Source: a virus (taxonomy: Duplodnaviria > Caudoviricetes). From it: a stretch of 64,000 nt of DNA. Below the pieces are notes generated by a model. The model had not been told where the DNA came from, did no database searches, and saw only the letters and a list, made by a program, of their open reading frames with translations. The stretch spans positions 224,001 to 288,000 of IMG/VR virus record IMGVR_UViG_3300033498_000048. One strand, written 5' to 3'. How positions within the stretch are numbered: the first letter of the stretch is position 1; each line of letters begins with the position of its first letter. Below are positions 1 through 10,300 of the stretch, in pieces. The translations under genes were made by a program, and so were the position numbers.

Positions 1-504
1 GATAGTTTAATTAAAAAGGCAATTGATTTTGCAACATTAAAACATGAAGGGCAAACACGGAAGTTTTCAGGTTTACCGTATGTTACACATCCAATAAATG
101 TTAGTGCGATAATTAATAAGTATTGTAAAAAAGATGCTAATTATTCTAATTTGATGGTTGCGTCATTGCTCCACGATACGCTTGAAGACTGTGATGTTAG
201 TTACAAGGAATTAGTGATTGAGTTTGGTCCAACTATTGCAAATCTAGTACAAGAATTAACTAACGATGAAGCAGAAATGCAATTGGTTGGAAAGACTGAA
301 TATATGAAAACAAAGTTTGTAGGATTATCTGATAGTGCATTGACTTTGAAATTGGCTGATAGACTCGATAATGCACAAGATAATATGCCAGACAAAACTA
401 AAATTGCAACTCGTGATATTCTATATTATTTGTTGGACAATAGAACGTTAAATTTCACACAAAAACAATTATGTGATGCTATATTTGATGAAATTGGAAA
501 ATAA
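1..504 (+). CDS. HD-domain (p)ppGpp hydrolase-like protein (RelA/SpoT HD, small alarmone hydrolase/MESH1 type), 5'-partial
   Basis: Frame 1 is open from base 1: DSLIKKAIDFATLKHEGQTRKFSGLPYVTHP...LLHDTLED...LKLADRLDN, the SpoT/MESH1 HD motifs. It extends upstream of the listed ORF start at 151. Confidence 0.85.
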   Translation, partial: DSLIKKAIDFATLKHEGQTRKFSGLPYVTHPINVSAIINKYCKKDANYSNLMVASLLHDTLEDCDVSYKELVIEFGPTIANLVQELTNDEAEMQLVGKTEYMKTKFVGLSDSALTLKLADRLDNAQDNMPDKTKIATRDILYYLLDNRTLNFTQKQLCDAIFDEIGK

Positions 505-506
505 CA

Positions 507-1073
507 ATGCCAACACAACAAGAATTAAAACAAGCTTGGACAATAGATAAATCAAACTATGGCAGTCTAGCATATTTGTTTTATGTTAGAAACCAACCTC
601 CAATGCCATTAAAAAAGGTTACATCTAACTTAGAAGTCGAGTTGTGTTTTAATCGACAAATTCCACTGGTTAGATTTGATTCGGTTAAATTACCATTTAA
701 CATTACATTAGCAAAATTGGGAAACCCATTCCAGTATAAATCGGATTCTGGTACATTGATTGATTGTACATTAATTGATTATACACAATCTACATTTAGG
801 TTTTCAATTACAATTGATGGTTCAATTCAAATTGTTGAATTACCAGACTCGATTAATTCCACTGTTAAATTGGTTATGAAAACTCCTCCATTAATATCAC
901 AAAACATATTAGTATCTGAATTATCTAAAAACAATGTAATGGCTATATTAACTGACTTTATGTTGTTAAATGGAATCAATACATCACCAGACTTAATAGC
1001 TAATCCAACAGCATCATCACTAGACACTTTAAGATATGTTATGTCTCAACTGATTGACAGTGTTCACGATTGA
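507..1073 (+). CDS. hypothetical protein
   Basis: 188-aa ORF in a tightly packed + strand run; no motif recognised. Confidence 0.6.
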   Translation: MPTQQELKQAWTIDKSNYGSLAYLFYVRNQPPMPLKKVTSNLEVELCFNRQIPLVRFDSVKLPFNITLAKLGNPFQYKSDSGTLIDCTLIDYTQSTFRFSITIDGSIQIVELPDSINSTVKLVMKTPPLISQNILVSELSKNNVMAILTDFMLLNGINTSPDLIANPTASSLDTLRYVMSQLIDSVHD

Positions 1074-1101
1074 TAGTATAATTTACGTTTTATAAATCAC
1101 T

Positions 1102-1332
1102 TTGGAATATGTTATGAAATTAGTCGATATGATTGGTGAAATGAAAAACGGACTATCAATTAGGCGTGATAGTTGGTTATATGAAGACACAGCAAGTGTT
1201 GCATTAGTTTGGTGGGAAGCAGCTAACGACTATGTTTTTGTTATAAATCGGTCATACCCACACCCGAAAAAAGAACTATATACTGTTACATATTCGTGTT
1301 TAATGGCTACTGACTGGGAATTTGTAATATGA
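1102..1332 (+). CDS. hypothetical protein
   Basis: 76-aa ORF whose stop overlaps the next start. Confidence 0.55.
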   Translation: MEYVMKLVDMIGEMKNGLSIRRDSWLYEDTASVALVWWEAANDYVFVINRSYPHPKKELYTVTYSCLMATDWEFVI

Positions 1333-1649
1333 TTGATATAACTGTTGCACTTAAAAACATTTTGGTAGACATCCAAGACATCATTTACAATATCAACATT
1401 GGACGGTTAGATGTTTCACATAACAGAATGTTGATATTAAGAGGCAAGGTTGTTATGTTGTGTACACTATGTGGAACTGTAATAGTTTACAATAAAAAAA
1501 CCATATTGGAACTTTTTGCTAACACTATTAGTCCAAACATATCAATGAACGAAATTGAAGCTAATGGGAATAGAATAGTAACACTATTAACTGCTAAAAA
1601 ACTATGGATAGAATCCATATTAGAAAATAAACGTGTAATAAAAATATAA
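1329..1649 (+). CDS. hypothetical protein
   Basis: 106-aa ORF coupled to its neighbours. Confidence 0.55.
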   Translation: MIDITVALKNILVDIQDIIYNINIGRLDVSHNRMLILRGKVVMLCTLCGTVIVYNKKTILELFANTISPNISMNEIEANGNRIVTLLTAKKLWIESILENKRVIKI

Positions 1650-1659
1650 AGGAGTACAA

Positions 1660-1857
1660 ATGATTGATGTTATTGGTATTAATGCTGGTAAATTGTGGGA
1701 ATATTTAAAAGCTAATGGACCAGCTAGTCCATCTGTAGTTGAAAAGGCTTTAGGACTTCCAAAGAACGACTTACAACGAGCAATTGGTTGGTTGTCTAAA
1801 GAAGACAAGTTGTTTGTTGATGTAGTTGGTAAAGTAGAAACACTTTCGCTAAAATGA
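1660..1857 (+). CDS. small winged-helix DNA-binding protein (DUF2582-like)
   Basis: IGINAGKLWEYL...AIGWLSKEDKL matches the DUF2582 wHTH pattern; AAGGAG RBS upstream. Confidence 0.75.
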   Translation: MIDVIGINAGKLWEYLKANGPASPSVVEKALGLPKNDLQRAIGWLSKEDKLFVDVVGKVETLSLK

Positions 1858-1862
1858 TTGTC

Positions 1863-1892
1863 TATGGGAACAATAGTTAAATGTTGTTTCCA
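1863..1892. terminator. hairpin between convergent genes, possible bidirectional terminator
   Basis: ATGGGAACAA-N10-TTGTTTCCAT inverted repeat between the stops at 1857 and 1905. Confidence 0.4.
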
Positions 1893-1904
1893 TACACTTT
1901 AAAA

Positions 1905-2630
1905 TTACTCTATTATTGAATTTAAAATCGTATGAGTATCTGTAGCATTTGCTGTTTTAGGGCTTACTTCAGAAATCAATGTTGCGAACTTGGTATTGAC
2001 ATCCATTTCAGTCATATTAACAATAGTTTTTTTAATCACTTCTTGGTGTTTAACATCTCCATATAACCAACCTTTTACTGTGAAGTTAAGTGTCCATTCA
2101 ATTCTACGTTTTTCTTCAAAATCGCCTTCCCATTCAATTGAAAAGGATGCTGCATTTAATGTGATTGGAATATCTGTAATCAAATCAAAATCTGGTTTAT
2201 CGTGAATTGAGATATTCAATTCTGGAGTAAAGAATGGTAGTATTTGTTCAACTATTTTAAGACTTTCTTCAAACCGTTTAGTTGCAAGATATAAATTAAA
2301 TTGGAAATCGTATGGTATTCTAGTAAATAGATATTTCCTATCATGGGTAAACCCACTTTTAACTTTATTCATTGGATTTGAATATCGTTCCGATGCAAAC
2401 GCCATATCATTCATTTCAAAACCCATTCTGGGTAAATTCATTTCCGTTGCTATTTGGTTTGGGTCTAAGTTTTCGTAAATAGATGTGACAAACTTTTCTT
2501 TAGGAGCATAATGTAGTGGAACAGTAATTACTTCTCCATGGTCATTAATGAACCTAATATCAGAAAAAACTGTAGCAAATGCCACAATAATGTTTTTTAC
2601 TGTTCCGTAATAGAATATTTCTTTTTTCAT
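1905..2630 (-). CDS. gp15: T4-like tail sheath stabilizer/tail terminator
   Basis: FYY.T....IVAF...FSDI, VPL.YAPKEK, LPRMGFEM, PYDF.F.L, QILPFFTP motifs; follows gp13-gp14. Confidence 0.9.
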   Translation of the reverse strand: MKKEIFYYGTVKNIIVAFATVFSDIRFINDHGEVITVPLHYAPKEKFVTSIYENLDPNQIATEMNLPRMGFEMNDMAFASERYSNPMNKVKSGFTHDRKYLFTRIPYDFQFNLYLATKRFEESLKIVEQILPFFTPELNISIHDKPDFDLITDIPITLNAASFSIEWEGDFEEKRRIEWTLNFTVKGWLYGDVKHQEVIKKTIVNMTEMDVNTKFATLISEVSPKTANATDTHTILNSIIE

Positions 2631-3313
2631 ATATTGTCAAATGGGTTGTGTTCATCAAAATTAACTAATGATTGTTTTATTTCTAACATATCATTATTAA
2701 CACCTGCTATTACATCGCCATCATTAGAAGCACCATCTGGGACAGCATCCATTGCAATATTTCCAGTATTGATTTTTTCATATCCAAACGTAAACAACCT
2801 ACACGAAATGTCATAAAACATCCATTTACCTACTTGCCAAAATGGAACTTCATTCTCAACACTGGTTATTTCATAAATCCTATTCACGAAACTGCCATAT
2901 CCTTGTGGAACAGTATCATCACCGATAAAGAATAAATCTCCTTCAGTTGGACGCATTCTATCTGGAACTTTCAATTGATTGAATCTTGTCCTACTCATTA
3001 TTAAATTGACTGCATCGTTTTGTTGGAATCCATACTTAGACAACAAATTACCTTGACCAGATTCCCATTCAGAACCTTTAACGAACACTTCAACTTTATA
3101 ACTTGCATTGAAAGAAGTTTTAAACGATTCTCTAAATAACGAATCAATTGACTCATCCGTTCTTGGAATATAATGAACCTCAATTCCAGTAAACTTTATA
3201 TCTTCAACTGTCAATGCGTCATATAATTCCTGTTCATTGTTTGCTGTAATGAAGTTGAAATATGGATTTACAGTTGTTGATTTTGTTTTTTGGTTATATG
3301 TATTAATTGCCAT
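2627..3313 (-). CDS. gp14: T4-like neck protein
   Basis: NPYFN...EQEL, YIPR, LLSKYGFQ, RPTEGDL, YEIT.VE..PF.Q.GK motifs; synteny with gp13 and gp15. Confidence 0.9.
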   Translation of the reverse strand: MAINTYNQKTKSTTVNPYFNFITANNEQELYDALTVEDIKFTGIEVHYIPRTDESIDSLFRESFKTSFNASYKVEVFVKGSEWESGQGNLLSKYGFQQNDAVNLIMSRTRFNQLKVPDRMRPTEGDLFFIGDDTVPQGYGSFVNRIYEITSVENEVPFWQVGKWMFYDISCRLFTFGYEKINTGNIAMDAVPDGASNDGDVIAGVNNDMLEIKQSLVNFDEHNPFDNI

Positions 3314-3437
3314 GTAGTGTGTAAAATCCTTACGAGAATCGTTCCTAAGCGTGTTTCTGTGGAAAGTTATAGGTTGGTGTCACTTCAATTAAATCGTTAC
3401 ACTATGACTGTTTATTTAATTATATATGATGTCAAAT

Positions 3438-3932
3438 TTAAGAATCAACTTCAATGGTATGAGCGAACTGTTTTGTGTTTTTTATTATTGTATTTATTTT
3501 ATGGACAAATTCAGAATCATCATATAATCGCCTAAGCATATTTTCTAACCTTGATTTTATAATTTCAATTCTTATTATATATTTGCCAATATTATCAATT
3601 TTGCCATCCAGGTTCGGTTTAATTTGAATTTCTTTTTCATCTTTAAACTTTTCACCGTTGTATGACTTAAATGTGTATGTCGATAATTCATAGTCGTTGT
3701 TCAATCTAATACCATCCAATACTATTCGGAATAGTATTGGCGTTGCACCCACATAAAAGTTTATCTTAGGGTCTTTTGTTGTTGAAATCATATGATAGTT
3801 CTTCCCTTTAATAAATCCGTTATCAATTATATATTGCATACTATCATAATCAACTAAATGATATAACAGTTTTGGTGGACGTTTATATTTTTGTGTTTCT
3901 TCTATTAAAAAGTTTTCAAATGTGTTATACAT
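3438..3932 (-). CDS. putative ADP-ribosyltransferase-fold protein with capsid-targeting-like N-terminus
   Basis: N-terminus MYNTFENFLIEE; LYH...ISTT...DEKEI resembles the ART H-S-E strand motifs. Confidence 0.5.
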   Translation of the reverse strand: MYNTFENFLIEETQKYKRPPKLLYHLVDYDSMQYIIDNGFIKGKNYHMISTTKDPKINFYVGATPILFRIVLDGIRLNNDYELSTYTFKSYNGEKFKDEKEIQIKPNLDGKIDNIGKYIIRIEIIKSRLENMLRRLYDDSEFVHKINTIIKNTKQFAHTIEVDS

Positions 3933-3935
3933 TAT

Positions 3936-4682
3936 CTATCCCACAAACCAATCTATGGGATATTGATAAGTGTTAATCAATTCATCTTCTAATACTTCAA
4001 GGTCAGATAACGCATCATCATACATTTGTCGTCCATTTAATGTCATACCAGATGGTAATTGGAATCCATCAAACTTAATCATATTTTGACCCCATTGTCG
4101 TTTGAATAATGCTATTACATATTTTTTTAACCACATATCATTCCAAACATTATCATAGTCGTCTGGATCCACAATTACTGTACATTCAATTGCAATATAT
4201 TGACCCAATCCAATTAAACTCCAATCAGCTTCTATAAACAATCTATTCATGTGTCTATTGAATCTAACTGGTTTCTCATAATTAAATAGCCAGTTTATTG
4301 TAGATAGGTATTCCATATTAACCATAAAGCTACCAAGCCCACCTCCATTTGTTGGCGAAGCCATTTGACTAATAACATCACTCATATAAGCTGTATATTG
4401 TAAATTGTTATTACTAAAACCACTACCCCCGTATGGAAATACCCTTAATATAGATAATACGTTATCTGAAATTGGAATATATTTGTTTGCTAAATCATTA
4501 TTGGAAATTTGATGTACAATGTAACTTTTTGCTGAACCATCTGAATGAAATTCCCAATACTTTTGTAAAGCCTCATCAATTCTATCATCAATTTGTTCAT
4601 CAGCAATGTTTATTTGTATAACGGGTGCGCCCAATGAACGCAACGCATAATCTACTAAGTCTTGTTTTGTACTAATTGCCAT
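3936..4682 (-). CDS. gp13: T4-like neck protein
   Basis: L..YALRSLGAPVIQINI..EQI.DRIDEALQ...EFH; WLKKY..ALFKRQWGQN..KF.G.QLP.G.TLNG. Confidence 0.95.
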   Translation of the reverse strand: MAISTKQDLVDYALRSLGAPVIQINIADEQIDDRIDEALQKYWEFHSDGSAKSYIVHQISNNDLANKYIPISDNVLSILRVFPYGGSGFSNNNLQYTAYMSDVISQMASPTNGGGLGSFMVNMEYLSTINWLFNYEKPVRFNRHMNRLFIEADWSLIGLGQYIAIECTVIVDPDDYDNVWNDMWLKKYVIALFKRQWGQNMIKFDGFQLPSGMTLNGRQMYDDALSDLEVLEDELINTYQYPIDWFVG

Positions 4683-4684
4683 AA

Positions 4685-5092
4685 TTATCGTACTCCGAAG
4701 TCGTAAACTTGAATTTTACCTTTTTTGTTATAACCAACTTGATTACCATCAATAAATTTTACCCAACTTGGTAATTTATCTGAATCAACATTAATATCGA
4801 CCTTGACCATCAATAATACTGGAAAGTTTTTAATTAATACGATTTTAGCCGAAGCATAATCAGTCCAATCGGGTTTAAATCTAACCGAACTCTCGTATTG
4901 ATTATCATCAATACCATCATAATTGCGAGGAACTTTAAACACAAAGTTTTTAGACTTAAATGTACACCTATTCCTACCACAATCTGGTTCACCATACTTC
5001 TTAGATAACATTGATATTATTTCTTGAACCATAGGATAATCACTGTTGAAATATTCGTCTGTAATATACTCTGCAAAACTTTTTATGGTCAT
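4685..5092 (-). CDS. minimal protein-kinase-like protein with capsid-targeting-like N-terminus
   Basis: N-terminus MTIKSFAEYITDE; CGRNR (Gly-loop-like), VFKVP (VAIK-like), NQYE, DGNQVGY and YDFG. Confidence 0.55.
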   Translation of the reverse strand: MTIKSFAEYITDEYFNSDYPMVQEIISMLSKKYGEPDCGRNRCTFKSKNFVFKVPRNYDGIDDNQYESSVRFKPDWTDYASAKIVLIKNFPVLLMVKVDINVDSDKLPSWVKFIDGNQVGYNKKGKIQVYDFGVR

Positions 5093-5193
5093 AAATTATT
5101 TACCTTTACCGTAGTTATAAATGTATTCTTTGTACATTTCAAGTAAATCTGAAATGTAATGGTTCGTTGTATCTGATATATAGCATAATCTAT

Positions 5194-5523
5194 TTAATGG
5201 ATGTTAATATTTGAATTTAATGGATGTACATTATATAAAACTTTGGTTTCAATATTGTTTGGTCCAACCATAATAACGGTATATGTATCGTCATTGCAAT
5301 AATATATGAAATCGCCATTATTATTTGGAATTACAGTTGCTTCCATATTATAATTACTATTAACAAATAATACCCTATCACATATTCCAGATGGAGTCAT
5401 TGCATTTCCACTAATTGAATGTGTCGAATATCCAACAATGTTTGGATTTCTGTTGTTTGTAGTATTCGTAGATAGATATTGGTGTAATGCTAAAACTACT
5501 GGATTTATTGTTAATATGTCCAT
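5194..5523 (-). CDS. hypothetical virion-associated protein
   Basis: 109-aa beta-rich ORF within the structural operon. Confidence 0.5.
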   Translation of the reverse strand: MDILTINPVVLALHQYLSTNTTNNRNPNIVGYSTHSISGNAMTPSGICDRVLFVNSNYNMEATVIPNNNGDFIYYCNDDTYTVIMVGPNNIETKVLYNVHPLNSNINIH

Positions 5524-5524
5524 A

Positions 5525-6592
5525 TTAAGCTAACATCCTAGTATTCACTGGAAACCAAATATTGCGAAAATTACAATATGTCGGATTTACTCCAATCGAA
5601 TCTATAGTTGTATTAATAACATTAGGGTTTCCACAAAACTTAATATCAGAAACTTTACCAATTAAATATTTTAATGTTGTTGTTTCTGCTGTTAAGTATG
5701 TATTAAACAACCATTGATTTCCCTCTGAATCCCCACCAGCACTTAGATTATATCCAAAGTAATAACAACCTGAAATACCATCACCACTTGGAAATGCAGC
5801 ATTGGTATTTGCAGATGCTTTTACTATAGTCCAAATGATTGCTGTTGTATTTGTTCCATCTGGCATCCATGTGTTAAAAACTGGATTTACAGTTGAGCTT
5901 ACATTTGTAGAACCATTTAAATAAAAGTTCATATGGTTTGTTGAGTCTAACATTGATACTTGTGCTGCAATCGCGAATGGATAATCCTTTCCTTGATACT
6001 TTCCAACATCTGCTATTGGATATACCATTAATGCAGTGTGCATAATTAATAGTCCATTTAAAGTGATTAACGCATAAAAACTTCCATTATTGGTATTTGC
6101 AAATTGCCATTTGGTATTAGTTATAGCTGTTCGTACAAATATAGTATTGCTAATTAGGGTAATACCATTTGTACTTGTTGGAATCGTTGTAATTGAAGCA
6201 ACTCCAGTAGATGGTTTAACCCTATGGAAATACACGCTCCACTTGCTATAATCGGTTGTTGAACTTCCATGACAGTCTAGTATTAGCCAAACTCTGGACT
6301 GGTCTCCAAGGTAACTTCCGTTCAATCCTGCTACTATACCAACTGGACTTTTTAATAATAACCAAGACCTAGCTAACGAATTTGTATTCCAAGTAATATT
6401 GTTTAAATCTGTACCCCACAAGTCTAAATTTGCTGAATATGTAGTTCCATTTGAACAACCATCAATAGTCCAACCAGCTCCAATTAAAAATGTTTTCAAT
6501 TGGATGAACCACGATTGACATTGTTTTTGTAGAGTTGTTTGGTCTGTTGGTTCGGTATTTAATTGGAATGACCAAGTTTTATCATATGTCAT
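5525..6592 (-). CDS. putative virion structural/tail appendage protein
   Basis: 355 aa, T/N/G-rich, lies between the fibre-like gene and the neck genes. Confidence 0.55.
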   Translation of the reverse strand: MTYDKTWSFQLNTEPTDQTTLQKQCQSWFIQLKTFLIGAGWTIDGCSNGTTYSANLDLWGTDLNNITWNTNSLARSWLLLKSPVGIVAGLNGSYLGDQSRVWLILDCHGSSTTDYSKWSVYFHRVKPSTGVASITTIPTSTNGITLISNTIFVRTAITNTKWQFANTNNGSFYALITLNGLLIMHTALMVYPIADVGKYQGKDYPFAIAAQVSMLDSTNHMNFYLNGSTNVSSTVNPVFNTWMPDGTNTTAIIWTIVKASANTNAAFPSGDGISGCYYFGYNLSAGGDSEGNQWLFNTYLTAETTTLKYLIGKVSDIKFCGNPNVINTTIDSIGVNPTYCNFRNIWFPVNTRMLA

Positions 6593-6595
6593 ATA

Positions 6596-7156
6596 TTACC
6601 ACCCATGAGTAACTTGATTAGCTCGCAATTCATTAATAGCAGCAACTAAGCTAGTTTTGTCTGTAGTTGTTAATGTTGATAATACACCGTCCCTATTTGA
6701 TGATTCATTACTAACATTAGTTATATCTCCTGACAATGTTGCTTGAACTTCATTAATAGCCACAACTAAATTATTTTTATCTAATGTCGTTAGATTTGTT
6801 AATGTTCCAATCTTAGAGTTATAATTTACTATAACAGAATTAATAGCAGCAACTAAGTTATTTTTATCTGTGGATGTTAGGGTTGACAAATCTCCTGATA
6901 TTGTTTCAATATCACTTAGAACTTCATTAATGGCAGCAACTATATTCCCATTTGCTACTGTATTTAAGCTTGGTAACATCCCTATTTTTAACACCAATTC
7001 AATAATTGAATTAACAACACTTGTTTTATCGGATGTTGTTAGTGTTGATATTGTTCCAATATCATTTGTATTGTCATTTGTTTGGACTGAAATCGTATTT
7101 GACTTCACTCTCCACTGTTCAAATGTATCTGATGTGTTAATAATTATTAATGCCAT
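6596..7156 (-). CDS. fibritin/whisker-like fibre protein with internal repeats
   Basis: INTSDTFEQWRVKSN start; repeats of L.TLTT.DK..LV.AINE; occupies the wac-like position before the neck genes. Confidence 0.65.
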   Translation of the reverse strand: MALIIINTSDTFEQWRVKSNTISVQTNDNTNDIGTISTLTTSDKTSVVNSIIELVLKIGMLPSLNTVANGNIVAAINEVLSDIETISGDLSTLTSTDKNNLVAAINSVIVNYNSKIGTLTNLTTLDKNNLVVAINEVQATLSGDITNVSNESSNRDGVLSTLTTTDKTSLVAAINELRANQVTHGW

Positions 7157-7359
7157 TATTTAATCTCATTTAGTTTGGAAAACACTAAAGACATTTGTTT
7201 CTCTAGTGTATTTACTTTGTGTGACATTGTTAGTAGTTGGGATTCTAAATCACGCCGTTGTTTTGCTACATTATATTCATGGTCATTTATATTAATTATA
7301 CAACCAGATTGTTCATCCCTAACAAATCTCGAATCATCTTGAACTTTAACCCATGTCAT
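7156..7359 (-). CDS. small conserved T4-like structural-operon protein
   Basis: 67 aa, RDEQSGCIIN plus a coiled coil; translationally coupled on both sides. Confidence 0.6.
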   Translation of the reverse strand: MTWVKVQDDSRFVRDEQSGCIININDHEYNVAKQRRDLESQLLTMSHKVNTLEKQMSLVFSKLNEIK

Positions 7360-10300
7360 GTTAATGCAATTACCTTTAAGTTTTTGAATTTTGGAGGATT
7401 TGATGTGTTTTTTGTTTTTCCAACAAGTTTAACTTTAACAGCTTTAAATGTTGCTGTTTTATTGTTCCACATAGTTGGTAGCACCTCACCTACAATAAAT
7501 TCTATATGTTGAAAATCATTGCTTGTAATTGATGTAAAGTTTTTCTTAAATTCAATAGGCATTAATATCCAATCTACATCATCAATGATTCTTGAATCTC
7601 CAATATTAAGGGTTTTTATATAAATGTCAAAATTAGAATACAATGGTTTACAAACTTCAACAATAATCTTCAATTCTATTGCTGAATTTTTCAATGTCAT
7701 TACTTTTGAAATATATTTATATGACGATATACCATTTCTATTATTTGTTTCTGGAATAAATCTATTTAATCCATTCGGAATAACATCATAAATATTAGCA
7801 TCAATATCGTTGTCAATTTTATTAGCTATACCAATTACACTTAATGAATTGATGTTAATTACTGGAGAAACATATTGATTATCACTATTAAATGTACCAA
7901 CAACTCCAATACTTTTACCAGTATTACCAAATACCCTAATTTCATTATAATCATTAGCAAACTTAAATGGTGAATTTAAATTAACCAATTCCCCAATCTT
8001 AAATGGAATATCATATTGTTTAATGTAATTTAAATTACTAAACAAATCGAATGATTGATGTCCAATACCAGATAATACCCATGAGTTAGTACAACCGTTT
8101 ATAATTGGGTTAGAACAACTAACCACAAACTTATCGTATTTCAAATTCAAGTTTAAATACACATTCAATTCAACTATTCCAGAAGTTGTTGCAGGGGTAC
8201 TAAGTTGGATTATAAATGAATTTATAGAATCAATTGAAACAATGGCAATATCGTTATTAAAATCCGTTGATGGAATACCATTAATATCAATAATTGATGT
8301 TGAATTACAAGTTCCAGTGATAGTGCTTATCGCTGAATTAAATGTTGTTGTACCACCAACAAACGAATCTGTAACATATCTATCAGTCAATTGTTGTGTG
8401 AAATTATTTACTGTAAATTGTTGTCCTATTGAAAAGTGTCCAGTAATATCACTCAATTGACAATCAATAGTTGATATGATAATTCCAGGTTTAATGTCAC
8501 TGATAGTACCAACACCTGTTGTTGTTGATATTCTTTGTCCTATAGAAAACTTGTCACTAATATTATTTAATGTGAAATTTAACCATATACCACTGGACAA
8601 ATCAAACTTGTAAATATCACCAATAGCAACTCCATGATTGCTTCTGTGTATTCTAACTAAGTTACTTCCAGATTGAGTTTCTATTGCATTCGACATTGAA
8701 TTATAATCCCGAACAACACGATTATTAAATGTCAATTGCATATTTGATGCTGTAAATATAGCTCGATTAATAGCATATTTCAAATCATAGTTTATTATCT
8801 CAGTCCACATATTGTTTTGTGATTTATATAATCCAGTTGATTCAAATTGTTTGTTAATTAATTTGTTAAATTGAATAACATCATATTGACCCAATTCACC
8901 TACCCATATTTTAGTTGAAGGCTTAACACTACTAATAACCATAGCATAATTATATCCAGCCTTTACATATACAGGATATAGCAATTTGAGTTCAGATTTA
9001 ACACTTGCGTTTGAACTTGTAATAATGTCCCTACCTTTGACATTACAACCACCTAACACATCATCTCCAGGAATACCTGTTCCATCAATAACATTTCTTA
9101 ATTCTAAACATACCATATCGTCTGGATGTATTGATTGGAAATATAGGCTTATTCCTGTAATATAACAATCAACATCAATTGAAAATGTTTGAGCTATAGG
9201 GTCTGGTGTGTTAGTATCATCTAATTGAATCGCGTGTTGTGTCGCACTTGTAAATGTATTTTGGTAAGTATTGACACTAGCCCATGTTCCAGCAGTCCAC
9301 AATATTGTTTCCGCACTGGTTTCTAACACGGCATTGTTTGTAACTTTAAATACTTTTGGACCACTCCTAAAACGTTCTTTAGGTAATTTGAACTCAAGTT
9401 TTACGTTACCTAAGTTATCAACAACTATATCATCTCCATAGTTGGTTTTTGTGTTTAATGGTCGACATAAATCAGATACATTGATACCATCAAAAAAGCA
9501 ATATACTTTTGTGTTTGGTTTTAGTCCAGTCGCGAAAACCTGGAATCGTTGTTTTTCAATGAGTGGACATACTTTTAATTGTGATTTAACATTTTCTTGA
9601 TTTTTATATATGTTATTTCCAATAGTTTGTGTATTAAGGTTGTTATTAACATCAATTAACCTAACAGCATTATCTGATTGTAAATTATTAGTATTGGTAG
9701 CCTCATTTAACCATTCCCACACATTAGATTCAATTCCAGCCAATCCAAGCTTGTTTATCGGAATTGAATCTAACCCGACTTTAGCATCAATAACAACTTT
9801 TGGGTCATTTTCTAAATCTGCCCAATTAGTGATATTTGGAACTATAATAGCCTTTCCAGTAATACTTGGAGTTGATTGTGTATTAATTACAATAGCTTCA
9901 CTTGCAAATGGTTGTGTGATAAATGGTTCATCATAATGATTTAACATGATGATATTTCCATATTGTTTATAGTTTGTACTATCACTTGGAATAAAATCAA
10001 AGTTCGCATTAAACATAGTATATTGTGGGACAACCTCATAATGAGTTCTATCAATTACACATTTAAACTCTGTATCATCTATTGCTGAATATCGAAAGCT
10101 ATTGAAACAATCTACCATAAACCCATTTTTATACAATTCAATTCCATTGATGTTTTTTATTGGAGTATCAACCAACCTACGTTCCAATGTGGTAAAATTT
10201 GTAAAGTTTTCTAATTCAGTTATTCTATTATCGAGTTTTCCAATATCACGCATTGTATATCGTTTATTTTCAATGAATGATGTTACTATATCTGTTTCTA

